This document shows, one piece after another, positions 1-13,557 of a stretch of DNA of 64,000 nt (position 1 is the stretch's first letter; each line of letters opens with the position of its first letter). The DNA lies in assembly GCA_964016885.1 (NCBI GenBank), contig OZ024742.1, forward strand, positions 210,490,001 through 210,554,000. Reading direction: 5' to 3'. The notes under the pieces are model-generated. The model made no database searches and was not told the DNA's origin. It was given only the letters and a program-made list of their open reading frames with translations. A program made the position numbers and the translations under genes. Origin of the DNA: Eledone cirrhosa (lineage: Eukaryota).

Positions 1-499
1 GCAGCAAAGTTAGTCTTGTTTCTTAAGCCAGAAAATATTTCAAACCTGATCGGCTGTGAACTAACTGAAAACTACAGATATCTTTCACAAATATCTTATA
101 CCATACTACAAGTACTCCTGCTACTCAGTGTCACCTCCGCCCAGACTTACCTGATGTACCTGCTGCTGCTCTTTCAGTTATCATCCCTAATGGCTCTCAC
201 TCTGCCCCAAACATTACATTTAAACACTTATCTAATCTATTCTGAATTGGGCCACAAGGGACTGAACCAAACTCACAAGTTTGGCTGGGCATACGAAGGT
301 CATAGACATTGCTCTTCTCCATGTTAAATAATAAGCAATAAACATATATACAAAACATTTCAAACTTTTAAATCAAAAGCTAAATACCATATCATCATTT
401 TACATCCATATTATATCATAACACTAATAATATTTATATTAATATAATGATTTCTTTTTGATTGTTAAAGACTTAAAATTGATAATATTAATTTTGTAG

Positions 500-599
500 C
501 ATTGAAGGTTACATATCAAACTGTGAACATGGCTGTGGAAGAAGCAGCACTGATCGGCAGTTTTATTTTGTCAATAAACGTCCCTGTGATTCTGTGAAG
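500..599 (+). CDS. PMS2: PMS2 exon (first in window; MutL N-terminal transducer domain). Upstream exons lie outside the window.
   Basis: tttgtag acceptor, gtaag donor. 100 nt encoding [33 protein letters not shown], matching the PMS2 [18 protein letters not shown] motif. Confidence 0.95.
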
Positions 600-1685
600 G
601 TAAGTTTTAATAATTAGAATAAGCAATGGAATTAGTTTATAATCATCATCTTCATCATCATCATTTTCATTTAATGCCTATTTTCCATGTTTGCATGGGT
701 TAGACAGCTGTGATGTACTGAGGCCTGACTGATCAGGTGACTAGCTCCTGCTCATACACTTTGTTTTGACTTAGTTTCAATAGCTGGATGCCGTTCCTAA
801 TACCAACCACTTTACAAGGAAAATAATATAAAATATTTATAGTCCACCCTGTCAGGTGGTAGTGGGGGTGCCACAAGAAAACGAATGTGGTACACATCAT
901 GAAGTGGTTGGTATTAAGAAAGTAAGAAAGGCATCCAGTTGTATAAATCATACCTAAATAGAATATATGAGCAAGACAGTAATCTGACCTGCCTTATTGC
1001 CTCAGAAAGTGACAACCCATCTAACCCATTGTAAGTGGTAAATAGATGTAAAACGGGGTTGTGTGGTGTGTACTAAACGAATGTTTTCTACCATATAGAA
1101 GCATATATACAAGGAGCATAGATAATGACTGTGTGGTTAAGAAGTTCACTTCATAACCACGTGTTTTTCAGGTTTTATTCTGCAGTGTGGTAATATAGCC
1201 TCAGGCTGACCAATTCTTTGTTAACGAATTTGGTAGATGGAAACTGTACAGATACTTATGTGAACATATGTGTGCATATATATATGTGTCTGATTGTGTC
1301 CCTGAAGTGATGTTTGTTTATGTCCTGTATAATCAATATTCCCATGGATCAGCAGTTTGATATAAAAAGATTAGAACTTAAAAAAACAAGGGTTGGTATC
1401 AGGAAAAGCATCCTGTCATTTGAGTACTGCCTATAAAAAAATGGTCTTGTCCAATCCATGTTAACATCAAATAGCAATTTAAAATGTTGAAGATGACTAG
1501 TCAATTTTTTCTCACTTTAATCCTTTTTTGGCATGTACTGAAGCGTGGAAAAACACGTAAAAATGATGATGATAATCTTTCAGATCAATACTGTAGAAAT
1601 GGAATTCTAAAATCCTGATTATTTGAAAATCACAGGTAGTGTCTTTCATTAGAAATACGGTAATGAAAGGGTTGATGATATAATA

Positions 1686-1880
1686 ATTGTTTATACTTTT
1701 GGCACAAGGCCAGCAATTATCCCAGTGTATTACTGGTACTTTATTTTATCGACCCCGTAAGGATGAAAGGTAAATTTAACCTCGGCAGGATTTGAACTCA
1801 GACCACAAAGGGCCGTAACTCGTTGCTGCAAGGCATGGCGTCCAACCCTCTCCTCTACCTATACTGCCAATCCACCACCC
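1686..1880 (-). mobile_element. tRNA-derived SINE with Meta-domain-like core (representative)
   Basis: Reverse complement has a B box (GAGTTCAAATCC) and core CCTTTCATCCTTACGGGGTCGATAAAATAAAGTACCAG. Other copies near 7320, 10520, 19000, 21885, 22030, 25060, 42090, 42780, 43185, 52140, 52320, 57470 and 63345. Confidence 0.85.
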
Positions 1881-1894
1881 TTATAATGATGATA

Positions 1895-2370
1895 TAATAA
1901 TGAAAATTATTGTGTATAGTGCTCAGATGCACTACAACTCATCAAAGGTGCGTGTGTAGAACATAGAATAATGTACAAATGTCAGGAAAGTGTATGTGTC
2001 ATGATATACACACAGACACATGCATGTGTGTGTATGGAGGGGGAATATTAAGTGTAGTGTTGGCCAATTTCAGGAAGCATGGAGGTTTTAAAGGATGCAG
2101 TGTCCCGACAGCTAACAACTAATGCAAGTAGTTTGTTCCATGCTTCAACAGCTATGAGCATGTAAATATGTTTCCGAAAGTCATGGGAGCTGTTCTGTTT
2201 TCTGACTTTGTAGGCATGCCTACGGGAATTCAAAAAGGTGCTCAGGTTGTTGTTGGCAAGATGGTTAATAATTTTGTGGGTGTCTACCAAGTCAGTTGCC
2301 AGACGTTGGAGCTTTAATGTATTCATAGCCAGGGAAGCAAGGTGTTCAAAGTATGGTAGATGCTTGATGA
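1895..2370 (-). mobile_element. CR1 3' fragment
   Basis: ORF 2048-2326 is homologous to the CR1 RT C-terminus, followed by the 3' UTR. Confidence 0.85.
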
Positions 2371-2525
2371 CATAATGTCTTTCATTAGAAATATGGTAAT
2401 GAAAGGGTTAATGTATTTTGACTGCTGCCTACGTGTGTGGTCAGACATTCTTATACATAATCCTACAAAATTTATATTGCTTTATATTGATTGGCTTTAC
2501 ATTAGAAAATATTTTCCTGTTGTAG

Positions 2526-2610
2526 ATTAGTAAGATTGTCAATGATGTTTATCACATGTACAACCGTCACCAATATCCATTTGTGGTTCTTCAGCTGAAC
2601 ATTACTAAAG
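2526..2610 (+). CDS. PMS2: PMS2 exon
   Basis: tgtag/gtaat boundaries. 85 nt, [28 protein letters not shown]. Phase-compatible with neighbours. Confidence 0.95.
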
Positions 2611-2611
2611 G

Positions 2612-2657
<46 letters not shown>

Positions 2658-2775
2658 CTCCCCCTTCTTCTTCTGCCACTACTATTACTACTACTTCTAA
2701 TTAAACTTTTTTTTTTGTTTTGAGTTGTTTTTGAGGGTTTTTTTTTTTCATATTTTCTTTTCTCTCCTTCTCTAG

Positions 2776-2855
2776 GGAGTGTTGATGTCAACGTTACTCC
2801 TGATAAACGAAAAGTGTTTTTTGAGAATGAAAAATTACTTCATGCTATCATAAAG
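2776..2855 (+). CDS. PMS2: PMS2 exon (VDVNVTPDKR MutL motif)
   Basis: Polypyrimidine tract plus tag acceptor. (G)SVDVNVTPDKRKVFFENEKLLHAIIK, donor gtttt. Confidence 0.93.
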
Positions 2856-3441
2856 GTTTTTATTGTATTTTTTTTTTTATTTTTTACTTATATAGAAATG
2901 TGTGGTGCTGATTATGGTTGTTCTTCAACCTCAGATCAGTTCTGATTAAGCAAACCTATGATCAAAGACATTCTAACCATGACCAACCCATCCTACAAGG
3001 GAAACTGAAGACTACATTATCCAATGTGTCCTTTCCATAAGACAAGTAGGGTGTTATTTGAGGGAAATCTGGTTATTTCTAGCTGAGATGTTGGTAGACA
3101 TAGCTCAAAGTATATCCTCTTTAGTTGAATGGATGAAGTACCAGGCGCCTAAGCCATGAATTGTGGGTTCAATTTTATTGGAAGCAAAATGACCCTCTTT
3201 TGATGTTAGACAATGATTGTAATGTTAAAGTACTGGACAACTGACCAGATGATTCAAAGCAATTGTATGTAACTTTGTATATGGCTTTGTCAGACACATT
3301 GTTTTAGTAAATGGATGATATAAACAAACAACAAACAGACAATATAGATATATTCACACAACTGTAAGGATGTAAGCATATAATTTTCTATATATAAATC
3401 TGCAATTTATGCACAACACAATGAAAATTATTCTATTTCAG

Positions 3442-3502
3442 GCTTCACTATTGGCACTCTATGAACCAATGTCTGCTATTTGTACAAGTATTCCTATGAA
3501 AG
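3442..3502 (+). CDS. PMS2: PMS2 exon (end of N-terminal domain)
   Basis: tttcag/gtaat boundaries. ASLLALYEPMSAICTSIPMK continues in phase 0 from the previous exon. Confidence 0.85.
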
Positions 3503-6023
3503 GTAATGTTTGGTTGATTTAATTTTCATCCATTGCTCTTGAAAGTTTTACATTTTTGAGATTTTATGAAAGGTCAAATGTTAGAAGCTTTAATGATATA
3601 TAATGAGAGTGAATGATAATATACTGTGTAACCAAGGTGATATTATTTAGAGCTAGGCTCAACTCTACTTGAACAGAATCTGAAAGAAATTGGAAATTTT
3701 CTTTGTTGGATTATTTTAGGAAATCACATGTCTACTGAAACTGTGGCACAAAGATAATTCATTTCATTTTCATCATTTCATTTTACGTCCGCTTTTCCCT
3801 GCTTGCAAGTGAGTGCTGGGTGCGTTTTTGCTGTGGCACCTCCACGACCACTTTGCAGTGGAATGATAGGGATTCCAGTCCCTATCATCTCATTTCTACA
3901 GCTGAGTAAACTGGAGCAATGTGAAATAAAGTGTCTTGCTCAAAGAAACAACACATCACTGAGAATTGAACTCACAACCTTTCGATTGTAAGGCCAATGC
4001 TCTAACCACTAAGCCAATTGATAAGATAAATCATTCAGTCAGTGTTCTAGCCATGATTACACTGTCATTATTACTGGTGGACATAAGGAGTAGGATGTGA
4101 TTTAAAGGAGATTTGACTGCTATTCCTAGCAGATTGAATGACTACACACAGGCTCCCTTGTGTTTGTTAAAGTAGATGTAGCTGTTACACTGTGTGACAA
4201 TGTAGAAGTTCCTTTGTTTCTTTATGCTTAACAATTGTTTTTACTTTATGAAAATAATATGGGTGGAGGTGGTGAAAGCAGACTTCAGATCGCTGAAGCT
4301 CATGGAGGAGATGACGAAGGACCATGACAAGTGGAGAGATGCTGTGCTAAATAGGACTCATCCCACACTTGCAGGCAGGGAAAAGCGGACATAACATGAT
4401 GATGATGATGAAACAAGTTAATGAAAACACTCATTTGAAATTATAAACCCTTTTGACACCAACCTGCTTAAAACCTGTTTCTATGAAACAAAACCATGGA
4501 TATTAAAGGGTTCCTATTTAAATTAAACCTTTCAACATGATTTCATATAAGAACCATTTGTTAAAAATACTATCTTAATAATTTTAGTAAATCTGTCAAA
4601 ATTCTACACTAATTGGTAGTATACTGGACAAAAACCTTGAACTCTCAATTGCTTTGTACACCAACATATATACATGTATAGTTCAACATTTTTAGCAGTG
4701 GTGAATTTGTATCTTGTTGCAAAGGCATTACATTGCAGTCTTGGACAGCACATTTACCCCTATTTGTTCTGGAGCCTAAAAAGTGCAAGATACAAGATAA
4801 ATTGAGAAGGATATGGAGGAAGTTCTGGTGTCAAAGTATCCTGTGGCATAGCTAAATGACAGTGGAGATATTTCTAGATTACCAACTGTAGTGTGCTTCT
4901 AGTTCTACCTTCAAGCTGTAATCAAGTTAATAGAGGTGTGTATGAAGGTGTATATAATAAACATACAAGAGTCTCACTATGAATGTTAGTGCTACTGCTA
5001 ATGAAACATCAACTCTTGCTCACGGGAAAATCATCATCATCATCATCATCACCGTTTAACATCCATTTTTCCACACTGGCATGGGTTAGACAAGTTATCC
5101 TGTTGTAAGCAATGCTAGGTCAGGTGGCCATGTCATGCTCATACAGAACTAATTTTGGGTTGATTTCTACAGCTGGATGCTCTTCCTAGTGCCAATCCTT
5201 ATTTACAGTGAGAAAGATGACGTTAAAATGATGATGATGATAATTATGTTGTACATGTCTGCAAGTGCCATAGATAACATAGTGAATGCACTATATTTTC
5301 TGTAAAAATGCTAACTATTTAGGAATATGTAAATAGGAGCTGAAATGAGAATATATAAACATTCAGAGATATTGTTTACTGACCTACCACTCTCTGTTTG
5401 CAAAATAATTTATGAAGACTAACCAAGAAACTAAGGTTGTACTTGTATAATTTTCATTTGGCTATACATAACAGCTTTACTTATCAAATGTAATATAATC
5501 CAAAGGTTTATTTTCATATCATTTGTAAACAATAGCATCATTTCAAATAGTCCAGTCACTGATTCACTGTATTTCTGTGTTTGACAAGGGAGTATCTGTA
5601 CACCTCGGGCAGAATTTATACCACAAGGTATTTTTGTGTGATACAGCAATTTATCAGCAAATTCTCGCCAGTGTGCAATATTGGCGGCAATATGATAGCA
5701 GACACTTGACCAAATGGCTGCACAATAAAATTCACCTCAGAACCATGTGATTGCAAAGTTAATTTCTTAATCACACAGCCATTCCTATACACTCAAGCTT
5801 ATACGCATTGTTTAATTAAGGGTTATGCTACGTTACATTGGGGACATGCTCTCAATTTATTTTAAAATATTGAAGTAGACAACTGAGACAAGTTATGTGG
5901 TAGCGTGTTTAATTTCTTTTATTATTTCAAACTCCAACTCTTATCTTATTTTATAAGGAAATAAATGTCCCTCACCTTTGGAGAAAGATACTAAAACAAC
6001 AAGTTTTACTACAGATAGTGTAG

Positions 6024-7200
6024 CACAGGGATCTGTTCTTGGTCCTCTTTTGTTTGTGGCATATATTAATGACATAGATGCCAACTTACAGAATGCCACG
6101 GTACTAAAATATGCAGATGACATCAAGCTGTACCTTGAAATCAAAAGGACTGATCCTGAAATTTACAACTCTTTCCTACAATCAGACCTGGACACAATGC
6201 AGCAATGGATCACAGACTGGCAACTGAAGCTGGCTGTGGACAAGTGTACCACCATGCATTTTGGAAGGAAAAATCCAGCGTCCACATACTCCCTCCACAA
6301 CACTGACATCAAAAAGTCCTCTTGTGAACGTGACCTGGGCATTACTGTCAGCAACGATTTGCGTTGGACAAAGCATGTCTCTAAGATTGTCAAGAAGGCC
6401 GAGGGTGTCTTGGCATCACTCAGCAAGACCTTTGTTAGCCGCTCTCCAGCCATCTATTTAAAACTGTATACAGCTATGGTGCGACCACACTTGGAATTCG
6501 CATCATCAGTCTGGAACCCCTATCTTGCTCGGAACATTGACCTCCTGGAAACTGTTCAGAGACGTGCAACCAAGCGCATACCCTCCATCAGACACCTACC
6601 ATACTCTGAACGCCTTGCTTCCCTGGGCATGGATTCATTGAAGCTCCGACGTCTGGCAATGGACTTGGTGAATACCCACAAAGTTTTTAACCATCTCGCC
6701 AACTGCAACCCTGAGCGCCTCTTTGATCTCCATGTGTCTAACACACGTGGACATGCCTACAAGATAAGAAAACAGCACAGCTCCCATGACTTTCGCAGAC
6801 ATTTTTTCACGCTCAGAGTTGCTGAAGCATGGAACAAACTGCCTGCGTCAATTGTTAGCTGCCGAGACACTGCATCCTTTAAGACACTCATGCTTCCCAA
6901 AATACGCCAAAACTACACCTGATGTACCCCTTCCATACACATGCACACATGTGTGTATCATGACTCGTGCACTGTTCATTTTACTGATGTTTGTGCATTG
7001 CCCTATGTACTGTACATGCACTTTTTTGATGAGTTGTGGTGCACCTGGGCACTGTGCACAATATTTCGTTATTGTTATTATATCATGACTCATACACTGT
7101 TTATTTTCCTGACATTTGTACATTATTCTATGTACTATACATGCACATTTGATGAGTTGTAGTGCACCTGAGCACTGTACACAATAATTTCATTATTATT
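6024..7200 (+). mobile_element. CR1-clade LINE, 5'-truncated, young
   Basis: Open RT C-terminal ORF (QGSVLGP, YADD, VRPHLEF, TRGH, WNKLP), 3' UTR and (ATT)n tail. Confidence 0.92.
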
Positions 7201-7546
7201 TTATAAATTGGATGGTTCTTGAAGTGTAGTAATGAAGATATGAAAAGAAATATGCTACAATCTTTAAACTTTAGCAATTTGAAGTCATAAAATTTTCCAA
7301 TATGAAATTGTTATAATAATTGTTTCTACTTTTGGCACAAGGCCAGCAATTATCCCAGTGTATTACTGGTACTTTATTTTATCGACCCCGTAAGGATGAA
7401 AGGGAAAGTTAACCTCAGCGGGATTTGAACTCAGATCATAAAGGGACGCAACTGTGCTGCAAAGCATGGCGTCCGACCCTCTACCTATACTGCCAATCCA
7501 ATGATAATAATAATATGATTGTTTAATTTGTTTTTCTTTAATTAAG

Positions 7547-7592
7547 GCCGACTAAATATTGGTACAAAACAAGAAAGGGAACTTAATGAAAG
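7547..7592 (+). CDS. PMS2: Probable PMS2 linker micro-exon (46 nt)
   Basis: T-rich tract plus taag acceptor, gtaagc donor. (G)RLNIGTKQERELNE. Phase 1 to 2 fits the chain; no motif support. Confidence 0.6.
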
Positions 7593-7989
7593 GTAAGCTG
7601 TTTGAAATATTATCTTTTTTATAGTATAATATGAAAATATTGTATGTGTCCCAGTTTTTAGAATAGGTACACTATATCCCTGTGTGTTGTAAGAAGCAAC
7701 TAAAAAGGTTGGTACCAGGAAGAGCATCCACCTATGAAATATTGTCTCTAAACATCCCATCTAACTCATGCAAGCATGGAAAAGTGGGCATAAAAATGAT
7801 AATGATGATGATGATTGTATAGAGATGAGAGTTGGCAGTGGGCACGGTGGTGAATTTAAAGTCTTCAGTCCACTCTGTTTATCATAACAGAGGAGTTTGG
7901 AACTAGTACTCCATGGGAGCTCCTGTGTACTGATGTTTTGGTCCTTATAGCTGAATCTGTGGAGGGTATGGCGGAGGAATCTTGAAAAG

Positions 7990-8362
7990 AGAAGCCTAAA
8001 CGTAAGCATGGTGAAAAATAAGGTCTTGTTAGGGATGAAGGACAGGAACCTGATATGATTGTGGAAGTGGCCTTGTTCAATATTTTGAAGACAATTGAGC
8101 AGAAGTTCCATAAGGTGTACACATTGTAATCTATAGACTTACAGGAATTACAGTGGGATTACAGGCAGGTTGACAGATAAGATAGACTTTATATACAAGG
8201 AATGTATAACAAGAGAAAGCACTAAGATCACATGTGAAATAGATTCCCTTAATTATCTAAGAGGTTCCCTAGAGGTTGTTAACAAATTTTGTTGCCTGGG
8301 TGACAATGGGTTGGGGGTACCCTGAATGTGGTAGCCAAAGTGAAAATGGGCTGGAGGAGATT
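7990..8362 (+). mobile_element. Degenerate RTE RT fragment
   Basis: EVVNKFCCLGD-like segment and nucleotide similarity to the 39.7-39.95 kb RTE region. Confidence 0.55.
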
Positions 8363-8364
8363 TA

Positions 8365-8700
8365 GCATGTGGCTTAGTGGTTAGAATAGTGGGCTCACAA
8401 ACATGTGATTGTGAGTTCAATTCTCAGATCAGGTGGTGCATTGTGTCCTTGAGCAAGGCACTTAATTTGACATTCCTCCAGTTCTCTCAGCTATAGAAAT
8501 GAGTTGCGATGTCACCGGTACCAAGCTGTATCGGCCTTTGTCTTTCCCTTGGACAACATCGGTGGCGTGGAGAGGGGAGACTGGTATGCTTGGGTGACTG
8601 CTGGTCTTCCACAAAATCACCTTGCCTGGGCTTGTGCTTTGGAGGGGGACTTCCTCGGTGCAAAACCCATGGTCAATTGTGATCAAAGGAGGATCTTGGT
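8365..8700 (+). mobile_element. tRNA-derived CORE-like SINE (representative)
   Basis: A box TGGCTTAGTGG (8370-8380), B box GAGTTCAATTC (8413-8423), core TTGTGTCCTTGAGCAAGGCACTT. Relatives near 3770-4015, 29825-30095, 31700-31980, 48810-49030 and 50200-50490. Confidence 0.8.
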
Positions 8701-9049
8701 TTTATTTTACCTCTGCTGACAATGAAGGGGCTTCTGTCTTGGAATGAGGGCTAGGCTGTGATGCACCAATTGCTGGTATGGCGATGACAGATGTTATCAG
8801 GCTGCAGCTGTTGTATTACATTGTTTCTCTCTCTCTCTCTCTTTATATATATAAAGTGTTCACAGTTCAGGGTCTGGGAAGATCACAATTCAGTGTAGTA
8901 CTCGATATATGATAAGTTGCAGAGTAGTTATAGTTGTAGTCCCTACAGAGAATGTATATGTCTCAACTTGAAAATATCAGGTTGAAATGTTATGACTATA
9001 CCATTTAACTATATATATATATAATACCATCTTTTAAATGTATTTACAG

Positions 9050-9080
9050 TTGTGAAAAAGAATTGTCAAGTCCTAATCAG
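9050..9080 (+). CDS. PMS2: Probable PMS2 linker micro-exon (31 nt)
   Basis: tttacag/gtatgt boundaries. (S)CEKELSSPNQ. Phase 2 to 0 fits the chain. Confidence 0.6.
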
Positions 9081-9164
9081 GTATGTATATGATATTATTC
9101 TATTTAGCTTCAAGTATGAAATTTATTGTCAAAGAATTGATACAAAAGCTTTGCTCTATATAAA

Positions 9165-10340
9165 AATTCTATGCCACACAAAAGACTTATGGCACAGCTC
9201 TCTGCAATGGGTGTGAGAGATGATCTTTTTAACTGGTTGAAGTCCTTCATTTTCAGTCGAAAAGAGAGGTAGTCACGGTTCTAGAACAGCATTCTTCACT
9301 CTATGAGATGTTATCTGGTGTACCGCAGGGATCTGTTCTTGGTTCCCTTTTGTTTGTTGCATATGTTAATGACATAAATGCCAACTTAAAGAATGCCACA
9401 GTGCTGAAATATGCAGATGACATCAAACTGTACCTTGAGATAAAAAGGACAGATCTTGAACACTATGGATCTTTCCTGCAATCAGACCTACAGCAATGGA
9501 TCATGGACTGGCAACTCAAGCTGGCTGTGGACAAGTGTACCACCATGCATTTTGGGAGGAAAAACCCAGCGTCCACATTCTCCCTCCACAACACTAATAT
9601 CAAGAAGTCTTCTTGTGAACGTGACCTGGACATTACTGACAGCAGCAATTTGCATTGGACAAAGCACATCTCTAAAATTGTCAAGAAGGCCGAGGGTGTC
9701 TTGGCATCACTCAGTAAGACCTTTGTTAGCCGCTCTCCAGCCATCTATTTAAAGCTGTATACAGCTATGGTGCGGCCACACTTAGAATTTGCATCACCAG
9801 TCTGGAACCCCTATCTTGCTCAGGACATTGACCTTCTGGAAACTTCAGAGATGTACAACCAAGCGAATATCCTCCATCAGGCATCTACCATACTCTGAAC
9901 GCCTTGCTTCCCTGGGCATGGATGCATTGAAGCTCCAAGGTCTGGCAACTGACCTGGTAAACACCCACAACATTATTAATCATCTTGCCAACAACAACCT
10001 TGAGCACCTTTTTGATTTCCATGTGTCTAACACACGTGGACCTGCCTACAAAGTCAGAAAACAGCACAGCTCCCATGACTTTCAGAAACATTTTTTCACG
10101 CTGAGAGTTGATGAAGCATGGAACAAACTACCTGCATCAGTTGTTAGCTGCCAAGAAACAGCATCTTTTAAAACCTCCATGCTTCCTGAAATTGGCCAAC
10201 ACTACACCTGATAAACCCCGTCCATACACTGTTCACTTTCCTGACATTTGTACATTATTCTATGTACTATACATGCACCTTTGATGAGATGTCGTGCACC
10301 TGAGCACTGTATACAATAATTTCATTATTATTATTATTAT
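9165..10340 (+). mobile_element. CR1-clade LINE, 5'-truncated, frameshifted
   Basis: SGVPQGSVLG, YADD. Same family as 6024-7200. (ATT)n tail. Confidence 0.9.
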
Positions 10341-11721
10341 TATATATTATCATCAAAATAATTTTATAATTTAAAGAGTAGATGTTGTAAGAAGCAACTA
10401 AAATGGTTGACATCTGGAAGGTAACTAGCTGTAAAATGCTACTTTAAACAGTCCCATCCATCCTAAACTAACATGAAAAAGTAAATACAAAAATGATGAT
10501 GGTTATCATGATTCTAATTCGTTCTAGCATTGGCACAAGACCAGCAATTTGAGGGAAAAGGGAAAGTTGATTACATCAACCTCAATACTTAACTGTACTT
10601 TATTTTAGTGATCCCAGAAGGATGAAAGGTAAAGTTGACCTTGGCGGGATTTGAAACCAGAACATAGAAGACTGTAATGAAATACTTCATTGCATTTTAT
10701 CTGACACACTAACGATTCTGCTAAGCCACTACCCAACAATTTGGGGGAGACGAAAGTTGATTAAATTGACCTCAGTGCATTACTGGTGCTTTATTTATTG
10801 ACACTGTAAGGATGAAAGGCAAAGCTAACCTTATAATTATAATGATATTAATTTGTCTTTTTTATTTATCCCTTGTTTTTCTCTATCTGGGTTATTTTTT
10901 ATCAATATAGGTGTCTTTTACATACAGTTTGTAGTGTGCCATGCTGTTATAGCATCTCAGATACTAATTCTCATTAATTTTCCTTCATAGAGTAGATAAA
11001 ATGTGTAGCTGGGGCATTTATATCTTTCATAAATATTGGCAATATTATAAACTTAATGCCTTGTAACATTTAGTGATATCCCTTTAGATTCTGAGTTCAA
11101 ATCCTGCTAAGATCGAATTTAACTAACTATAAATACTATTACTACCATGCCTATTTTCATATTCATTTCATGATATCTATCAGAGCTTTGAGAAACTAAG
11201 AGAAAAACTAAATGTGGTTGGTGATAGGAAGGGTATCCAGCCATAGAAAACTTGCCAAACGAAGGGTTGGGAGGACCCTTCAATTGAGTCAAAAACATAA
11301 CCTCTCCTGTGCACTGGGTAGAACATGAGACCGTACGTAAGCGAGATGTAGTGCACATGTATTTGCTTACATCAGTTTTCCTCACTTAAATTAAATTCTA
11401 TTTGTTAATATTCTACTTGTTTGAATTGGGATTAGTGGTAAATAGTAAGGAGGTTATCTAGTAAAAAATATTTGTTCCTGTAAAAGCCATCTCTCATTTA
11501 TCATAGAAATGGATATAAAAGTTAGGTGAAATGCCAAACTAATTAGTTCAGCACTCTAAATGTTATGTTGATCACCCTTATCTTGGTAAAATTGGTTTTT
11601 ATATCGTTACTTTTATCTTAATTCCAATTTTGCTACGCCTTATATTATCTTGTAAAGAACATCATTTAAAAATGGTACCAAAATCATTGTATGTTATTTT
11701 TTTATTTTTCCTGCAATGTAG

Positions 11722-11839
11722 ACTCCGAGTAAATTACTTAGCAACTTATCCAGGTTGATGTCTTCCCCTTCAGCTAATTTAAATCATTACTCTCATGGAA
11801 ATACATCTTCAAGCCTTATGAAATTTATCAATGAAAAGC
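11722..11839 (+). CDS. PMS2: Probable PMS2 linker exon
   Basis: gtag/gtatgt boundaries. Open Ser-rich frame TPSKLLSNLSRLMSSPSANLNHYSHGNTSSSLMKFINEK. Phase 0 to 1. Confidence 0.7.
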
Positions 11840-13557
11840 GTATGTATGATACATTTATTATCTGAAGTTATATATGTCCACAAAAAATGTATTCATACTT
11901 TGATTACCTGTACAGGCAATATTTATTAGAATCCCATTGAAGTGTGTATACATTTTTGGGACACCCTTTAATTAAAATAATCATTTTCTCGAGAAGTGCT
12001 TCTCGTAATTTAAATATACAGACTTTATCTTAATCTAATTCCTTATGATTTATATCCCTGCTATGGTATAATATAGACTTGTAATGCCTGAGGAAGTTGT
12101 AGGGGCACCATATTGACTTAGGGCATATGCTAAACCTGGTGAGGCCTTTCTCCTCTCCAGGTCTGAATACAGCAGATTTCTTCCAGAGAAAGATAGAGAA
12201 AGAAAGGAAGCAAGAAAGAGATATAGAGGAAGACTGGTACTTTTTTTTATCTATGCTATATGGGATTGAATTTTATTAATATCTTGTTTATGTGGTTTTA
12301 TTAGTATTGATGCTACATCCTATCTGTCTTTTTCCAATGATATGAATTTTTCACTGAGACAACAAATATTTCTTTTTGTGTCTCGTGCATGAATAGTACC
12401 AAAATTATAATTTTCTCATGTTTAGATATTTACAATATTTATGTTTATACTATGTTTTTATAAGTGTCTATATATATATATAGTAAATATACTGTCTAAA
12501 CTAAAATCATAATGATGATAAAGGGTTATTCCATGTCAAATCACGCAGAGGGTCCCAGGTCCCCCCCCCCCCCCCCCCCCCGATCCCCCTGAAAAAATTC
12601 ATACTACCTATATGATGGAAAAATATCAAGTATTAGGTCAATATCTTTGATAGTTTTGAAATTGTAGGCCTTTATAGTATTAATTAATTTTACATTTTTT
12701 TCTGAATGTGTCTCTCGGACCAACTTGAGACAGCCATTTCTCCTCTAATAAGGTTAGCACGACTTTGAAATCATGTGCTTGGGGCTAACTTTTTCTGTAG
12801 AGTTCAAATATCTTATCAAATCAAGTGTATCTTATCTTGTATATTTTTCCATCTACAGGCCTCTGAATATTGCCAAGAATTAAACATACTTCAGTGAGTT
12901 GGTCACAGGGTTATTTACTTCAGTAAACACCACTGTATTCCAACCACTAATTTAATTAGATAACATATAGAAAAACTTTTGTGTATTTTCGCTCGTGTGT
13001 GAACAGTTCAAGAGCCTGTCACCAAAAAGAAAAAGATTGCTCTTTGCTCCCTCCTTTATAATTCCTAGAATGGAAGTTCAAGGAATATTCTAGAATTCTA
13101 CGGGAAGTAACTCCAGCTACTTCCCTTTGTTTAGAGAGCGCTACAAGACTCTCCTCTCAGACGAGAAGTCGAATAACCAACCGAAGGTCATTGTAGCGAG
13201 AATAGAACATGAGCTTGCAACTGAAGCAAACAGCAAAAAAGGTACAAAACAAGTAAATGCATTTTATAAAGAATAAATTTTTTTTTTTTTTTTCGTTGCT
13301 GCACAAGGATGATGCAGAAAAAATGTAAATGTCACAAACTGATAATTCAAAGGTAACATAAAAATGCAGAGAAAAATTAATTGTTTCTACTTTTGGCACA
13401 AGGCCAGCAATTATCCCAGTGTATTACTGGTACTAATGCAGAGAAAAATTAATGCTCAATGATTAGTTCAAAGTTTCTTCAAAAATCACCAGTGTACAGA
13501 CTTTTCTAACACTAATTCTATCTGAAACTGAAAAGAGTTTGTTAATGCCACTAGGGG

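Noticed and set aside
8365-8435. tRNA-like sequences with A and B boxes
   Set aside because: They are SINE heads continuing into core domains, not tRNA genes.
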